From a virus (lineage: Duplodnaviria > Caudoviricetes), in IMG/VR virus record IMGVR_UViG_3300027798_000072, positions 1-45,465 of that record: 45,465 nt of DNA; one strand, 5' to 3'. The position numbers were made by a program, and so were the translations under genes. Positions 1 to 7,784 of the stretch are shown here, one piece after another (the stretch's first letter is position 1; every line of letters begins with the position of its first letter). A model generated the notes under the pieces. The model made no database searches. It was not told where the DNA came from and saw only the letters and a program-made list of their open reading frames with translations.

Positions 1-2
1 CA

Positions 3-419
3 TCAAGCGGCTTTTTTTATTAGTTTCTTTAGTTTGTCTTGCACTACATCAAAGTTAATTGTATTAAACAATCCCGGATGTAATGGTTTAGGATAGTGTT
101 CCCCGTCTATCCAACAATATCCACAATGTTCTTCATTTAATTTAGGAATAAATTCATTGTCTATTTTGCAAAAGAATGTATGATATGTAAATGTATTGTT
201 TACAAACTTTTGAATAGGTACAAGTTTAGCATCATTGGGGAAAAAGTCTATTTCCTCGACACACTCACGTTTAACACCTTCTAATAGTGTTTCGTTATTT
301 TCAATTTTGCCCCCGGGTATTCCCCAGTTGCCGGGATTTTTAGAATCGCTTCTTAGTAAAAATAAAAATCTTTGTGTATTACTTGCATAAAAGAATACAC
401 CTGCACTATTGTTCTTCAT
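3..419 (-). CDS. NUDIX hydrolase
   Basis: Nudix box GGKIENNETLLEGVKRECVEEI. Start moved to ATG 419 (MKNNSAGV), 5 nt downstream of a GATAAATC late-box variant. Confidence 0.9.
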   Translation of the reverse strand: MKNNSAGVFFYASNTQRFLFLLRSDSKNPGNWGIPGGKIENNETLLEGVKRECVEEIDFFPNDAKLVPIQKFVNNTFTYHTFFCKIDNEFIPKLNEEHCGYCWIDGEHYPKPLHPGLFNTINFDVVQDKLKKLIKKAA

Positions 420-449
420 ACTATGATTTATCACAGTATTACTTACCCA

Positions 450-1829
450 TTAAATTACGATGTTGTAATCACCTTGGTCATACCAACCTTCATAACTCTT
501 CATCCAAGCACCTTCTGCATACCTATATTGAACACCGGAGGTTATGTTAGTTACATATTCTGTTGTAGTTGAAGATTGGCTATCAAAATTAACAGTCCAT
601 TTACTAGTTGATGCAGTATACTGTATGATATCATTTGCATTAGCTACTAAATCACCCCAAACACTATAGTTTGCTGGAGTAATACTAGGATCGCCTATAG
701 ATTCTACTATTAAATATCGTTGTCCATTACTTACACTAGGTAATCCGTTATCGGGACCTTTAGTTCTAGGATTAATAATACTATCAACTGCCTGTAACGT
801 ATTTTGCGGCAATGTATCAGGATCTATATTATATGATAATAGCCTATCATCTGTTGGATTAAATGCAATAGTACCTACAATGTCAGTATCCATATATGTA
901 TTTTGCAACCATATTTGACTAATACCCGGCTTTACAGTTCCGTAAACATTTAATACACTTTGCCAATACAATGGTACATTTGGATTTTCCGGTAAGTCTA
1001 TTTCTGTATTACGCGGTTCAAAAACTTGATTAGCAGGAAGTATTTGTAATGTATTACCTATCAACAATAATTTATATCCATATGGAGTAATCTTTTGTCT
1101 TGTACCCAATAACAAATCATCGTCTTGCATATCAGTGAGAGCAGTGCCTCTAAAGATACTAGCAATAATTTTATGAATGACACCAAGTTTTTTAACTTTA
1201 CTCGGTGTGCTGATCCATATAGGCATATAGAACTTCCATGTCAATACATCTATAGGATTTCCTGTACCCTGCGGTATTGTCTTACTATTAAATGTTAATC
1301 CATCCTGATATACAACACTTAAACTTGTCCAGTCAATAAAGTTATCTGTACTTTGAATCTCCATTGCAGGATTAAACAATACACCTAATTGTTCAACTAA
1401 CTCTAATTTCTGATTATAATTAGTTGTCCAAAAGTCTACACTAATTCTTAATGTATATGGTACTGGCATAATACGTTCAACTGTAAATGCTTGTCCCTGT
1501 GTTTGTTCGTATTGTCCTGTTTCCTGATTAAATGAGCGTTGTCTAACACTTACTTTGTCTAAGAAGTATGGATCTTGGGTTCGTTTTTGGTCGTATTCTA
1601 AACCACTAATGTGATATGTAATTAGCGGGGCACTCGGTAAACTATTAGGACTATTATTTCCTTGTATAGCAGAAACCATTCTACTACTATCACCATACTG
1701 TATAGGCACACGTATAACAATATCATTACCGGCAGGGTCTTTACCTTTTGTAACTTGCCAATCACTAAAAATTCTTGCAAATTGAATTAAGAATCTACGT
1801 ATCTGATTGTCATAAAAATATTGTGCCAT
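450..1829 (-). CDS. Tail sheath stabiliser/terminator (T4 gp15-like) with C-terminal extension
   Basis: N-terminus YFYDNQIRRFLIQFARIFS..IRVPIQYG, plus MPVPYTL and LVEQLGVLFNP, resemble gp15. Lies next to a neck gene. Confidence 0.7.
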   Translation of the reverse strand: MAQYFYDNQIRRFLIQFARIFSDWQVTKGKDPAGNDIVIRVPIQYGDSSRMVSAIQGNNSPNSLPSAPLITYHISGLEYDQKRTQDPYFLDKVSVRQRSFNQETGQYEQTQGQAFTVERIMPVPYTLRISVDFWTTNYNQKLELVEQLGVLFNPAMEIQSTDNFIDWTSLSVVYQDGLTFNSKTIPQGTGNPIDVLTWKFYMPIWISTPSKVKKLGVIHKIIASIFRGTALTDMQDDDLLLGTRQKITPYGYKLLLIGNTLQILPANQVFEPRNTEIDLPENPNVPLYWQSVLNVYGTVKPGISQIWLQNTYMDTDIVGTIAFNPTDDRLLSYNIDPDTLPQNTLQAVDSIINPRTKGPDNGLPSVSNGQRYLIVESIGDPSITPANYSVWGDLVANANDIIQYTASTSKWTVNFDSQSSTTTEYVTNITSGVQYRYAEGAWMKSYEGWYDQGDYNIVI

Positions 1830-1837
1830 TGATTACC

Positions 1838-3484
1838 TTAATCTGTTTGTATTTTAAACAATGTTGACAATGATTGAATTTCAGGTATCGTGGTTCCGTC
1901 GGACAATGTAGTAACATTAGTGTTATTAATGAATGTATTTAGCTGTGAACCACCTTCGCTATCAAATCCTCCAGCTGGTCTATTATTGACACTTATCTTC
2001 ACCCATAAATTACCATCATATCTATACATAATGTTAGGTAAATAATCAGTGCGTAAGAAGTAATCTCCTAAATTAGGATTTGACGGGAAAGTTATACCTG
2101 CTCTGAATGGTAATCCATTTGGTGCAGTACCATCACCTGTCATATTACCATCAGTGTATCCAAAACTCTCTGGACTATAACGAACTATCCATCTAAATCT
2201 AGGATCCGCATCAGCACGATAATCCATTTCGTTTGTATCAAGTAATGGACCACCGTTCATTGGCCAATCAGGTAATGTTATGTCCTCATCAGCTCCTGTA
2301 TATATGTTGTCAGATGTACCATACGGTCTGTCAATTAAAGCTGTTGCAGTAGCGGCTAATACTAAATTAGGTTCTACTGGGCCTGAACCTGTATCAGTTC
2401 TTTCAGGAGCTATACTTGCTACTTCTAAGTTTACTTGCGTTAATGCTTTTAATAATTCACGACTACCTATAGGCATATCCCATATATCTTTCATAGCTGC
2501 CGCACCAATTCTTAGTACTGGCATTGAGTATAACAATGATATACTTCCCCTTGTTGGTACAGGATTAGTTTTTGGTACAACAACATTAACCGGTAGTGCA
2601 GGAGCACTACTTGCAGTTGGTACAAGATATAATTGACTTCTATCGTATCCTAATTTAGGCACAATACGTGCAGCCTCAGCAACCATAGCATCATTTATTG
2701 CAATGTTTTGATTATATCTACCTAATATATCTCTTAAGCTGTCTGCTGTATCTAATTGCCAATATGTGCTATTAGGAGGGGCGATTCCAACTGGAACGTT
2801 TTGTTTAGGGGTATAATTTTTATTACCAAAACTAACTACATACCCCGGTAAGTATGTAGCAGTCAAACTCCAATCTCCTAAATAATTATCTTTACTCACT
2901 GGTTCTTTCAATATATTACTAAATTCTTGACTATCAACTAGTGGCTCACATTTGATTCTCCACAAATGAGGATACCAGGTATTACTAAATCCTTCGCTTG
3001 CAAAGTTACCGTCTGTTATTTGATAATATCTACGCAAACTTGTAGGTATATCCTCGTTTAATGGATGATAGTCTGTCAGATGAGGCATCTCAATTACATC
3101 ACCCACTATTAATTTACGACCTACAATATTAATCATGTCGTTATAATGTATAGTTACAAATATAACATCGTTATTTAGAAATAATCCAAACTGACTTAAG
3201 TCAAAATCTAAATTCTGTACATTATAATGACCACGTAATCTATAGATACTATCATCATATTTTCTATCACGATTTTCTAGGAATAATAGATCCTGAATGT
3301 TAGTTGGATCTAATGAATTATATCGGGGTTGTGACAGACTAGCAGTAGGTCCTGAATCAGGGACACCTAAATACTTATGTACATATAAATCTGTGGCTCC
3401 GACACTAAGCATTTCTGATATTGTTCTATCAAAAAATCTATAGTCGTTTCCCTTTTCCGAGCGGTATAATGATAACTTTGGCAT
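1838..3484 (-). CDS. Neck/head-completion protein (T4 gp14-like), extended
   Basis: DLLFLENRDRKY, LSQFGLFL and GDVIEMPHL motifs resemble gp14-type neck proteins. Start set at MPKLSLY (3484), 7 nt after GATAAATA. Confidence 0.6.
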   Translation of the reverse strand: MPKLSLYRSEKGNDYRFFDRTISEMLSVGATDLYVHKYLGVPDSGPTASLSQPRYNSLDPTNIQDLLFLENRDRKYDDSIYRLRGHYNVQNLDFDLSQFGLFLNNDVIFVTIHYNDMINIVGRKLIVGDVIEMPHLTDYHPLNEDIPTSLRRYYQITDGNFASEGFSNTWYPHLWRIKCEPLVDSQEFSNILKEPVSKDNYLGDWSLTATYLPGYVVSFGNKNYTPKQNVPVGIAPPNSTYWQLDTADSLRDILGRYNQNIAINDAMVAEAARIVPKLGYDRSQLYLVPTASSAPALPVNVVVPKTNPVPTRGSISLLYSMPVLRIGAAAMKDIWDMPIGSRELLKALTQVNLEVASIAPERTDTGSGPVEPNLVLAATATALIDRPYGTSDNIYTGADEDITLPDWPMNGGPLLDTNEMDYRADADPRFRWIVRYSPESFGYTDGNMTGDGTAPNGLPFRAGITFPSNPNLGDYFLRTDYLPNIMYRYDGNLWVKISVNNRPAGGFDSEGGSQLNTFINNTNVTTLSDGTTIPEIQSLSTLFKIQTD

Positions 3485-3491
3485 AATATAG

Positions 3492-3499
3492 TATTTATC
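3492..3499 (-). promoter_or_regulatory. Putative late promoter box GATAAATA
   Basis: tatttatc on the + strand. Resembles the T4 late promoter TATAAATA and recurs upstream of many structural genes here. Confidence 0.7.
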
Positions 3500-3533
3500 G
3501 CGGCTGTAATGCAAAAGTCTTACCTCTCAGAGG

Positions 3534-3562
3534 TTGACAAATAATGGATAAGGCTATATAAT
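3534..3562 (+). promoter_or_regulatory. Sigma70-type early promoter
   Basis: Perfect TTGACA (3534-3539), 17-nt spacer, TATAAT (3557-3562). AGGAG SD precedes ATG 3593. Confidence 0.85.
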
Positions 3563-3592
3563 ACTAAGTATTGTTTAACAGGAGTAAACTCA

Positions 3593-4753
3593 ATGGCGAT
3601 TCGTAAACACAAACAGACTGACGACCACTTTATCAAAGCACTTAATCCTAGGGATGCTGACCAAAAATACATGGGTGATGAACCGTTTTTTCCATTGCAA
3701 CCCGATGACAATGGTAGAAAGTTAGCACTAACAAACAGTTTTACGTGGTATAATAGGTTTTACGGTAAAAAAGACGCAAAAGAATTATTGTGTCAGTATT
3801 TGGAACATCATAATCGCACAGCCGAAGCCAAACATGTGCGTAAAGTACATGAATCTGAATTTTTGATGACATTGTGCTGGTTGGCTAGAATGACAATGAG
3901 GGGTTTAGAACTTAGTGAGTATGAATCACTTACCCTAGAAAATGAAATAAGCCGATTATATAAATTAGTCAATAAACCAGAAGTAGTAGAAAAAGAACCA
4001 AGTAATCGCCCCAATATTCAAGACCTGATGAAAGAAAAGGCACGTGACGCCGCAGGAGAACTTGAAGGATTATTTGATGAGTATATTACATCAGGTGCAC
4101 CTACAAAACACACATTGCGTCCTATTGATGAAGTAGCTAAGAAGAATGTAATGCCACAGCATATCAGCATTCTAGTTGAAGTTTGGAAAAAGAAACTAAC
4201 CGAGTTTGAGGCTGTGCTTGATGGTAAAGATAGTCATTTAGTACAGGGTTATATTTTTCTATCTAAGACTCAAACAAAGAATATTATCAAATTTATTGAA
4301 ATGGTATTAACTGACCTAAATAGTTATATTTCTGTTAAGAAAGCAAGTAAAGCACCTCGCAAACGTAAGGCAGTTCCTGTTGAAAAGATTGTTTCTAAAC
4401 TTAAGTATTTGAAAGAACACAAAGATCCTGTTAACAAACTTGAACTGATTAGTGTGCATCCTACTAAGTTACACGGTGCAAGTGAGGCATGGGTCTATGA
4501 TACTAATCGCCGCAAATTGCATCACTATATCGCAGACGAGTACAGCAAGAGTTTTACGGTAAAGGGTAATACATTGCTAGGATTCGACAACGCATCAAGT
4601 GAGGTCAAAACATTGCGTAAACCCGGTGAACAAATAAAAGAAATAATGGGTAGTAAGCCAGTTGCACGTAAATACTTTAAAGAAATTAAAGCAGTATCTA
4701 CAGTCCCGAACGGTCGCTTTAATGAAAACATGATTATATTAAAGGCGTTCTAA
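3593..4753 (+). CDS. Hypothetical phage protein (early)
   Basis: 386-aa ORF with strong SD behind a sigma70 promoter; no motif recognised. Confidence 0.75.
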   Translation: MAIRKHKQTDDHFIKALNPRDADQKYMGDEPFFPLQPDDNGRKLALTNSFTWYNRFYGKKDAKELLCQYLEHHNRTAEAKHVRKVHESEFLMTLCWLARMTMRGLELSEYESLTLENEISRLYKLVNKPEVVEKEPSNRPNIQDLMKEKARDAAGELEGLFDEYITSGAPTKHTLRPIDEVAKKNVMPQHISILVEVWKKKLTEFEAVLDGKDSHLVQGYIFLSKTQTKNIIKFIEMVLTDLNSYISVKKASKAPRKRKAVPVEKIVSKLKYLKEHKDPVNKLELISVHPTKLHGASEAWVYDTNRRKLHHYIADEYSKSFTVKGNTLLGFDNASSEVKTLRKPGEQIKEIMGSKPVARKYFKEIKAVSTVPNGRFNENMIILKAF

Positions 4754-4935
4754 TGGATGTAGAAAAGCGAATGAAAGAAATGATGGAACCAATTGATAAA
4801 TGTATTCAATTGACCGATGATGATGAAGATATGCTGATGTTAGCATGTGCAATGATGCATCGTGTAAGAGAAATATTTGACAATCAAATTGGTGTAGCAG
4901 GCAGAAAACAAATGTTTAAGGATTTATTAAAATGA
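4753..4935 (+). CDS. Hypothetical protein
   Basis: 60 aa, coupled to both neighbours by TAATG and ATGA overlaps. Confidence 0.7.
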   Translation: MDVEKRMKEMMEPIDKCIQLTDDDEDMLMLACAMMHRVREIFDNQIGVAGRKQMFKDLLK

Positions 4936-5366
4936 ATGTGGATTTGAACAAATATAGTGATTTTGTACAGGCTGTTACAAGCCAACCAAGCAACGACTTG
5001 ACAACTTTCATGGACCGACTAGATGAACTAGACGGTAACTTTGACGATGCAACACAAAGTCATGGACCTGATATCAATGTACCTTTATTGCTTACCGCAT
5101 GTCTAGGATTAGCCGCAGAGTCAGGTGAGTTTATTGAAATTCCAAAGAAGATTTTCTTTCAAGGTAAAGCACTTACTGATGATAATGTGTTTCACATGAA
5201 ACGTGAACTCGGTGATATAATGTGGTACTGGATTAATGCTTGCAGGGCACTTCGCCTAGATCCGAATGATGTTATTGCTGAGAACGTAGAAAAACTAAAA
5301 GCACGATATCCCGGTGGTGAGTTTAACGTGTTCAACAGCGAAAACCGCAAATCCAACGATATCTGA
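4932..5366 (+). CDS. mazG: MazG-like NTP pyrophosphohydrolase
   Basis: GLAAESGEF..KK and RELGDIMWY..NVEKLKARYP motifs. Confidence 0.85.
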   Translation: MNVDLNKYSDFVQAVTSQPSNDLTTFMDRLDELDGNFDDATQSHGPDINVPLLLTACLGLAAESGEFIEIPKKIFFQGKALTDDNVFHMKRELGDIMWYWINACRALRLDPNDVIAENVEKLKARYPGGEFNVFNSENRKSNDI

Positions 5367-5376
5367 TTATGTTCGG

Positions 5377-5405
5377 TTCTCTAGATAAATAAGATATCTG
5401 GAGAA
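5377..5405 (+). promoter_or_regulatory. Late box GATAAATA inside an SD-sequestering hairpin
   Basis: TTCTCTAGATA (5377-5387) pairs with TATCTGGAGAA (5395-5405, one G-U). Box at 5384-5391; GGAG SD lies in the 3' arm. Confidence 0.7.
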
Positions 5406-5409
5406 TATT

Positions 5410-6171
5410 ATGGCTGGTCTTAGCTTAAACGAATTAAAAGAAGAATTATTTCAAAGTTTGCGATATCGCTTGGGCGAGGGTATAATCGATTTAGAATTAG
5501 ATCCTCCTCATTTTGAATCTGCATATAACTATGCTGTTAAGGTCTATAGACAACGTGCTCAAAATGCTACCGTAGAATCTTATACATTATTGTCCTTAGA
5601 GGCTCATGTTGATACATATACACTACCTAGTGAATTTATTAATGTTCGCCAAGTATTTCGCAGAACAATTGGATTAGAAACCGGACCAAGTTCCTCTAGC
5701 TTTGATCCATTTAGTAGTGCTATTCTTAATACATATTTGCTTAATTATAATTCTGCCGGCGGACTAGCAACATATGACTTTTATGCAGGCTATATTGAAT
5801 TAGCCGCACGTATGTTTGGTGGATATATTGTATACACATTTAATCCAGTAACAAAAGAAATACGACTAGTTCGAAACATAAAAGGATCAGGAGAACAAAT
5901 ATTAATCTGGGCCGATACACAAAGACCCGAACAAGAATTGTTGCAAGATCCAGGCGCCGGAATTTGGATTGGAGATTGGACATTCAGTCAATTAAAAGGA
6001 ATATTGGGTGAAGCACGTGAAAAATTTGCTACTATTGCTGGCCCGGGAGGCGGAACTTCATTAAATGGTACAGCATTAAAAGCTGAAGCCAAAGCAATGC
6101 AAGACCAATTAATAGAAGATTTAAAACGTTATGTGGATTATAGTCAGCCACTAACTTGGGTACAAGGTTAA
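5410..6171 (+). CDS. Neck protein (T4 gp13-like head-tail adaptor)
   Basis: RLGEGIIDLELD N-terminus and GEAREKF..GPGGGTSLNG..LKAEA C-terminus match the gp13 pattern. Confidence 0.75.
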   Translation: MAGLSLNELKEELFQSLRYRLGEGIIDLELDPPHFESAYNYAVKVYRQRAQNATVESYTLLSLEAHVDTYTLPSEFINVRQVFRRTIGLETGPSSSSFDPFSSAILNTYLLNYNSAGGLATYDFYAGYIELAARMFGGYIVYTFNPVTKEIRLVRNIKGSGEQILIWADTQRPEQELLQDPGAGIWIGDWTFSQLKGILGEAREKFATIAGPGGGTSLNGTALKAEAKAMQDQLIEDLKRYVDYSQPLTWVQG

Positions 6172-6180
6172 TAACATTAT

Positions 6181-6642
6181 ATGAGAGCAACTGAGTTTAT
6201 TACGGAACTATTTCGCCCCGGTAATCAAAACTGGAAGTGGAATCGACAATCCGAGGAAGAGGCAGTTGCAAATTTTACTGTGGGCGAAAGAAAGTATGTA
6301 TGGTCAGCCTACAGTCATCACCGAGATGATAAGCCAGAAACATGGGAAATACAATTTCGTTTAATTAGAGACTTATTCGATCCTGAAAAATTATCACTAT
6401 TTGGCACAACAGGTACAGGTAACTCAGCAGAAGTAATGTCAATTGTAGTAGACATATTTCGTGAATTTTTACAAGACTACGGTGATAATGTGCAAAAAAT
6501 TATATTTGATGCAAAAGAAACCAGTCGCATAGCATTATACACAAAAATGGTTAATCGTTTAATACCCAATTGGGATTTGGAACAAGAATATAGTCCGGAT
6601 TTGGGATTAAGATTTATATTAACTAATCCAAAACAAAGGTAA
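6181..6642 (+). CDS. Hypothetical protein, probable internal head protein
   Basis: N-terminus MRATEFITE resembles the T4 internal-protein capsid targeting sequence MKTYQEFIAE. Confidence 0.55.
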   Translation: MRATEFITELFRPGNQNWKWNRQSEEEAVANFTVGERKYVWSAYSHHRDDKPETWEIQFRLIRDLFDPEKLSLFGTTGTGNSAEVMSIVVDIFREFLQDYGDNVQKIIFDAKETSRIALYTKMVNRLIPNWDLEQEYSPDLGLRFILTNPKQR

Positions 6643-6650
6643 CCTAATAC

Positions 6651-6680
6651 TTTACTTTTGTCACACTCCTGTAGTATAAT
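6651..6680 (+). promoter_or_regulatory. Possible sigma70-type promoter for dNMP kinase
   Basis: TTTACT (6651-6656), 18-nt spacer, TATAAT (6675-6680); AGGAG SD follows. Confidence 0.5.
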
Positions 6681-6701
6681 ATGCTATAGGAGTTTTGTTT
6701 T

Positions 6702-7337
6702 ATGATTATAGGTATTACAGGGTTTATTGGTAGCGGCAAAGACACTATTGCTGACTATCTAACTACATTTCACGGATATAAACGAATTAGTTTTGCAGGC
6801 ACTCTTAAGGATGCTTGTGCTTCTGTGTTTGGATGGGACCGCGATCTGCTAGAAGGTACTACAAAATCTAGTAGAGAATGGCGTGAGCAAGTAGATCCAT
6901 GGTGGAGTGAACGATTGGGTATACCTGAACTTACTCCTAGATGGGTGTTACAACAGTGGGGCACAGAGGTATGTCGTGAAGGTTTTCATAATGACATCTG
7001 GGTAGCAAGCGTTGAAAATCAACTACGAAAAGCTAAGGATAATATTGTAATTACAGATTGTCGTTTTGATAATGAAGTAAATGCTATTAAAAATGCAGGT
7101 GGTATCACGATGAGAGTTGAGCGAGGAGAAAGACCCAAGTGGTATGATTCCGCGGTTAATTATAATAAAGGACCAAATAGTAATGCATTGTGGTCAATAA
7201 GTAAATCAAAATTAGACAGACTGAAAGTACATGCAAGTGAATATAGTAGCGTGGGTCTAGACTATGATTTCTATATAGATAATAATGATACCATTGACAA
7301 ATTACATAAACAAATAGAAGATTTAATCAACTTGTAA
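6702..7337 (+). CDS. Deoxynucleoside monophosphate kinase (T4 gp1-like)
   Basis: P-loop GFIGSGKDT, SFAGTLKD, TPRWVLQQWGTEV, VITDCRFDNE and HASE motifs. Confidence 0.9.
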   Translation: MIIGITGFIGSGKDTIADYLTTFHGYKRISFAGTLKDACASVFGWDRDLLEGTTKSSREWREQVDPWWSERLGIPELTPRWVLQQWGTEVCREGFHNDIWVASVENQLRKAKDNIVITDCRFDNEVNAIKNAGGITMRVERGERPKWYDSAVNYNKGPNSNALWSISKSKLDRLKVHASEYSSVGLDYDFYIDNNDTIDKLHKQIEDLINL

Positions 7338-7664
7338 ATCTCCTCTTTTCCAATTTACCTGAGTCTTTTTCACAACTTCAACACAATTTAAGCATATGGT
7401 TCTTAAATTAGAAAAATTAACATTTTCTAAGCTACCATCTATATGATAGACAGTGGTCTGACTAGGATACAGACTTTTAAAACCACATAAGTCACATGTG
7501 GTTTTTTTCTTATATGAACTTTTTTGCCAAGTAGCTGTTCTTGGTTTTAACTTCTTTTTCTTTCTACCGCATTCATCACAACTACCGCGATAATGTGTAG
7601 TATCATTGCGTTTGTAGTTTATCGCACAATAATTCTTATTACAAATTTTACACACAGGTCTCAT
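7323..7664 (-). CDS. Zn-finger/HNH-like protein (degenerate HNH)
   Basis: Four CxxC pairs and YHIDGSLENVNFSNLRTICLNC. Start set at MRPVC (7664), 5 nt after TAAATA. Confidence 0.6.
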   Translation of the reverse strand: MRPVCKICNKNYCAINYKRNDTTHYRGSCDECGRKKKKLKPRTATWQKSSYKKKTTCDLCGFKSLYPSQTTVYHIDGSLENVNFSNLRTICLNCVEVVKKTQVNWKRGDLQVD

Positions 7665-7690
7665 GTGTTTATTTAGTACAGAAACCTTCG

Positions 7691-7716
7691 AAGGCACGGT
7701 TATTCGTGCCTTTTTT
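7691..7716 (+). terminator. Rho-independent terminator
   Basis: AAGGCACG-gttatt-CGTGCCTT followed by a T run, upstream of the sheath promoter. Confidence 0.75.
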
Positions 7717-7725
7717 AGTATATTC

Positions 7726-7733
7726 GCTAAATA
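7726..7733 (+). promoter_or_regulatory. Putative late promoter box GCTAAATA
   Basis: TAAATA core upstream of the sheath gene SD (AAGGA). Confidence 0.5.
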
Positions 7734-7784
7734 TAACTATGATAGGTCTTAAAGCCTTATAATTATAACTTAAAGGAAAACAAC

